From Vicugna vicugna (taxonomy: Eukaryota): a stretch of 64,000 bases of DNA. Of the stretch, positions 63,181-64,000 are shown one piece after another; position 1 is the stretch's first letter, and each line of letters starts with the position of its first letter. The notes below the pieces were generated by a model, which saw only the letters and a program-made list of their open reading frames with translations, did no database searches and was not told the origin of the DNA. The stretch lies in assembly GCA_013265495.1 (NCBI GenBank), contig MU058065.1:3139003-3203002 (forward strand). Reading direction: 5' to 3'. The position numbers were made by a program, and so were the translations under genes.

Positions 63181-64000
63181 GTAAAGTTAAATTTTTTGAC
63201 CAAAGTCACATACCCAGGAGGTGGCAGGCTCCCAAGCAGGGAGAATTTCCTGCCTTGTCACTAAGTAGTTTTGAGATTTGGGGAAATTCATTTGGCCTGT
63301 TAGGGCTTCGTTTCTCTCATTTGCATAAAGAGAAGGTCCTAGTAGCTTTCTGGTCCCCAGGCGTCCTTGATTCCCTGTCAGAGCCCCACCATCTTGGCTC
63401 CCAAGTGGAAATAAAACGTCTGATCAGCAGCAGCCGCAGGGTTGAGAGTCTCAGACAGACAGCTCCAGAAGTTGAAGAAGCAAGGAAGAAGCGCCATGCA
63501 CGCTTGGACAGAGCCCAGCCTGCACCCGCGGGAATGGTCCCCGCTCCCTCGCCATCAGCAGCTGGCGCGTGGGCGAGTACAATGCCATCTCGCCGAGTTC
63601 AGGAGGTCAGAGAAACACATGTGAGGAAGTACATTCGGCCTCAGTCCAGCAGAACAATGTGGCCACTGTCTTCTGTCCTGGCTTCTCTGGCCTCATCACA
63701 TCTTCACAGACCACGAATAAAGGGACTGGAGTTGGCCGAGTCACCCTCATTCTCCCAGCTTTCAGTTCTGCGGTTGCCAAGCCACCCTCCACCACATCAC
63801 CCATTCGCTGCCTCCTCCCACCACGCTCTCAGCAATGAAGGTTCCTTATTGTCCGGTCGCCTCCCAGGGAATTGGGAACGTGAGACTGGAGAGCTGAGGA
63901 TCACAAGGACGCCTCTTCTCCCCACAGCAGTCAAGTGAGTCTGGAGACCCACTTCCAAATTCTGACTGCCATCAAATGGCTGTGAATTGGGGCACTCCAT

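Overview
This is non-coding mammalian DNA, almost certainly from a camelid (camel, alpaca or llama), judged from repeated tRNA-Ala-derived Vic-1-type SINEs and cetartiodactyl-type L1 3' ends. I cannot support any intact protein-coding gene, genuine tRNA gene or prokaryotic-type system; the ORF track is explained by L1 ORF2 remnants, LTRs and chance. The window is rich in transposable elements: about 16 ERV1-type LTRs, several MaLR LTRs, L1/L2/L3/MIR fragments, DNA transposons and a 7-kb degenerate ERV internal region carrying nested insertions. The notable structures are three candidate L1 3' transductions bracketed by TSDs (one apparently carrying a cellular 3'-UTR end), a twin-primed inverted L1, a solo LTR with non-matching flanks suggesting LTR-LTR deletion, a mosaic LTR, and a near-perfect 478-bp tandem duplication. 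Weaker leads are a few candidate exons (including a 24-nt microexon) and palindromic TF-motif clusters. Repeat family names come from recalled consensus similarity and need RepeatMasker/Dfam confirmation. LTR families A, B and C are my working labels. Boundaries without a TSD are approximate.
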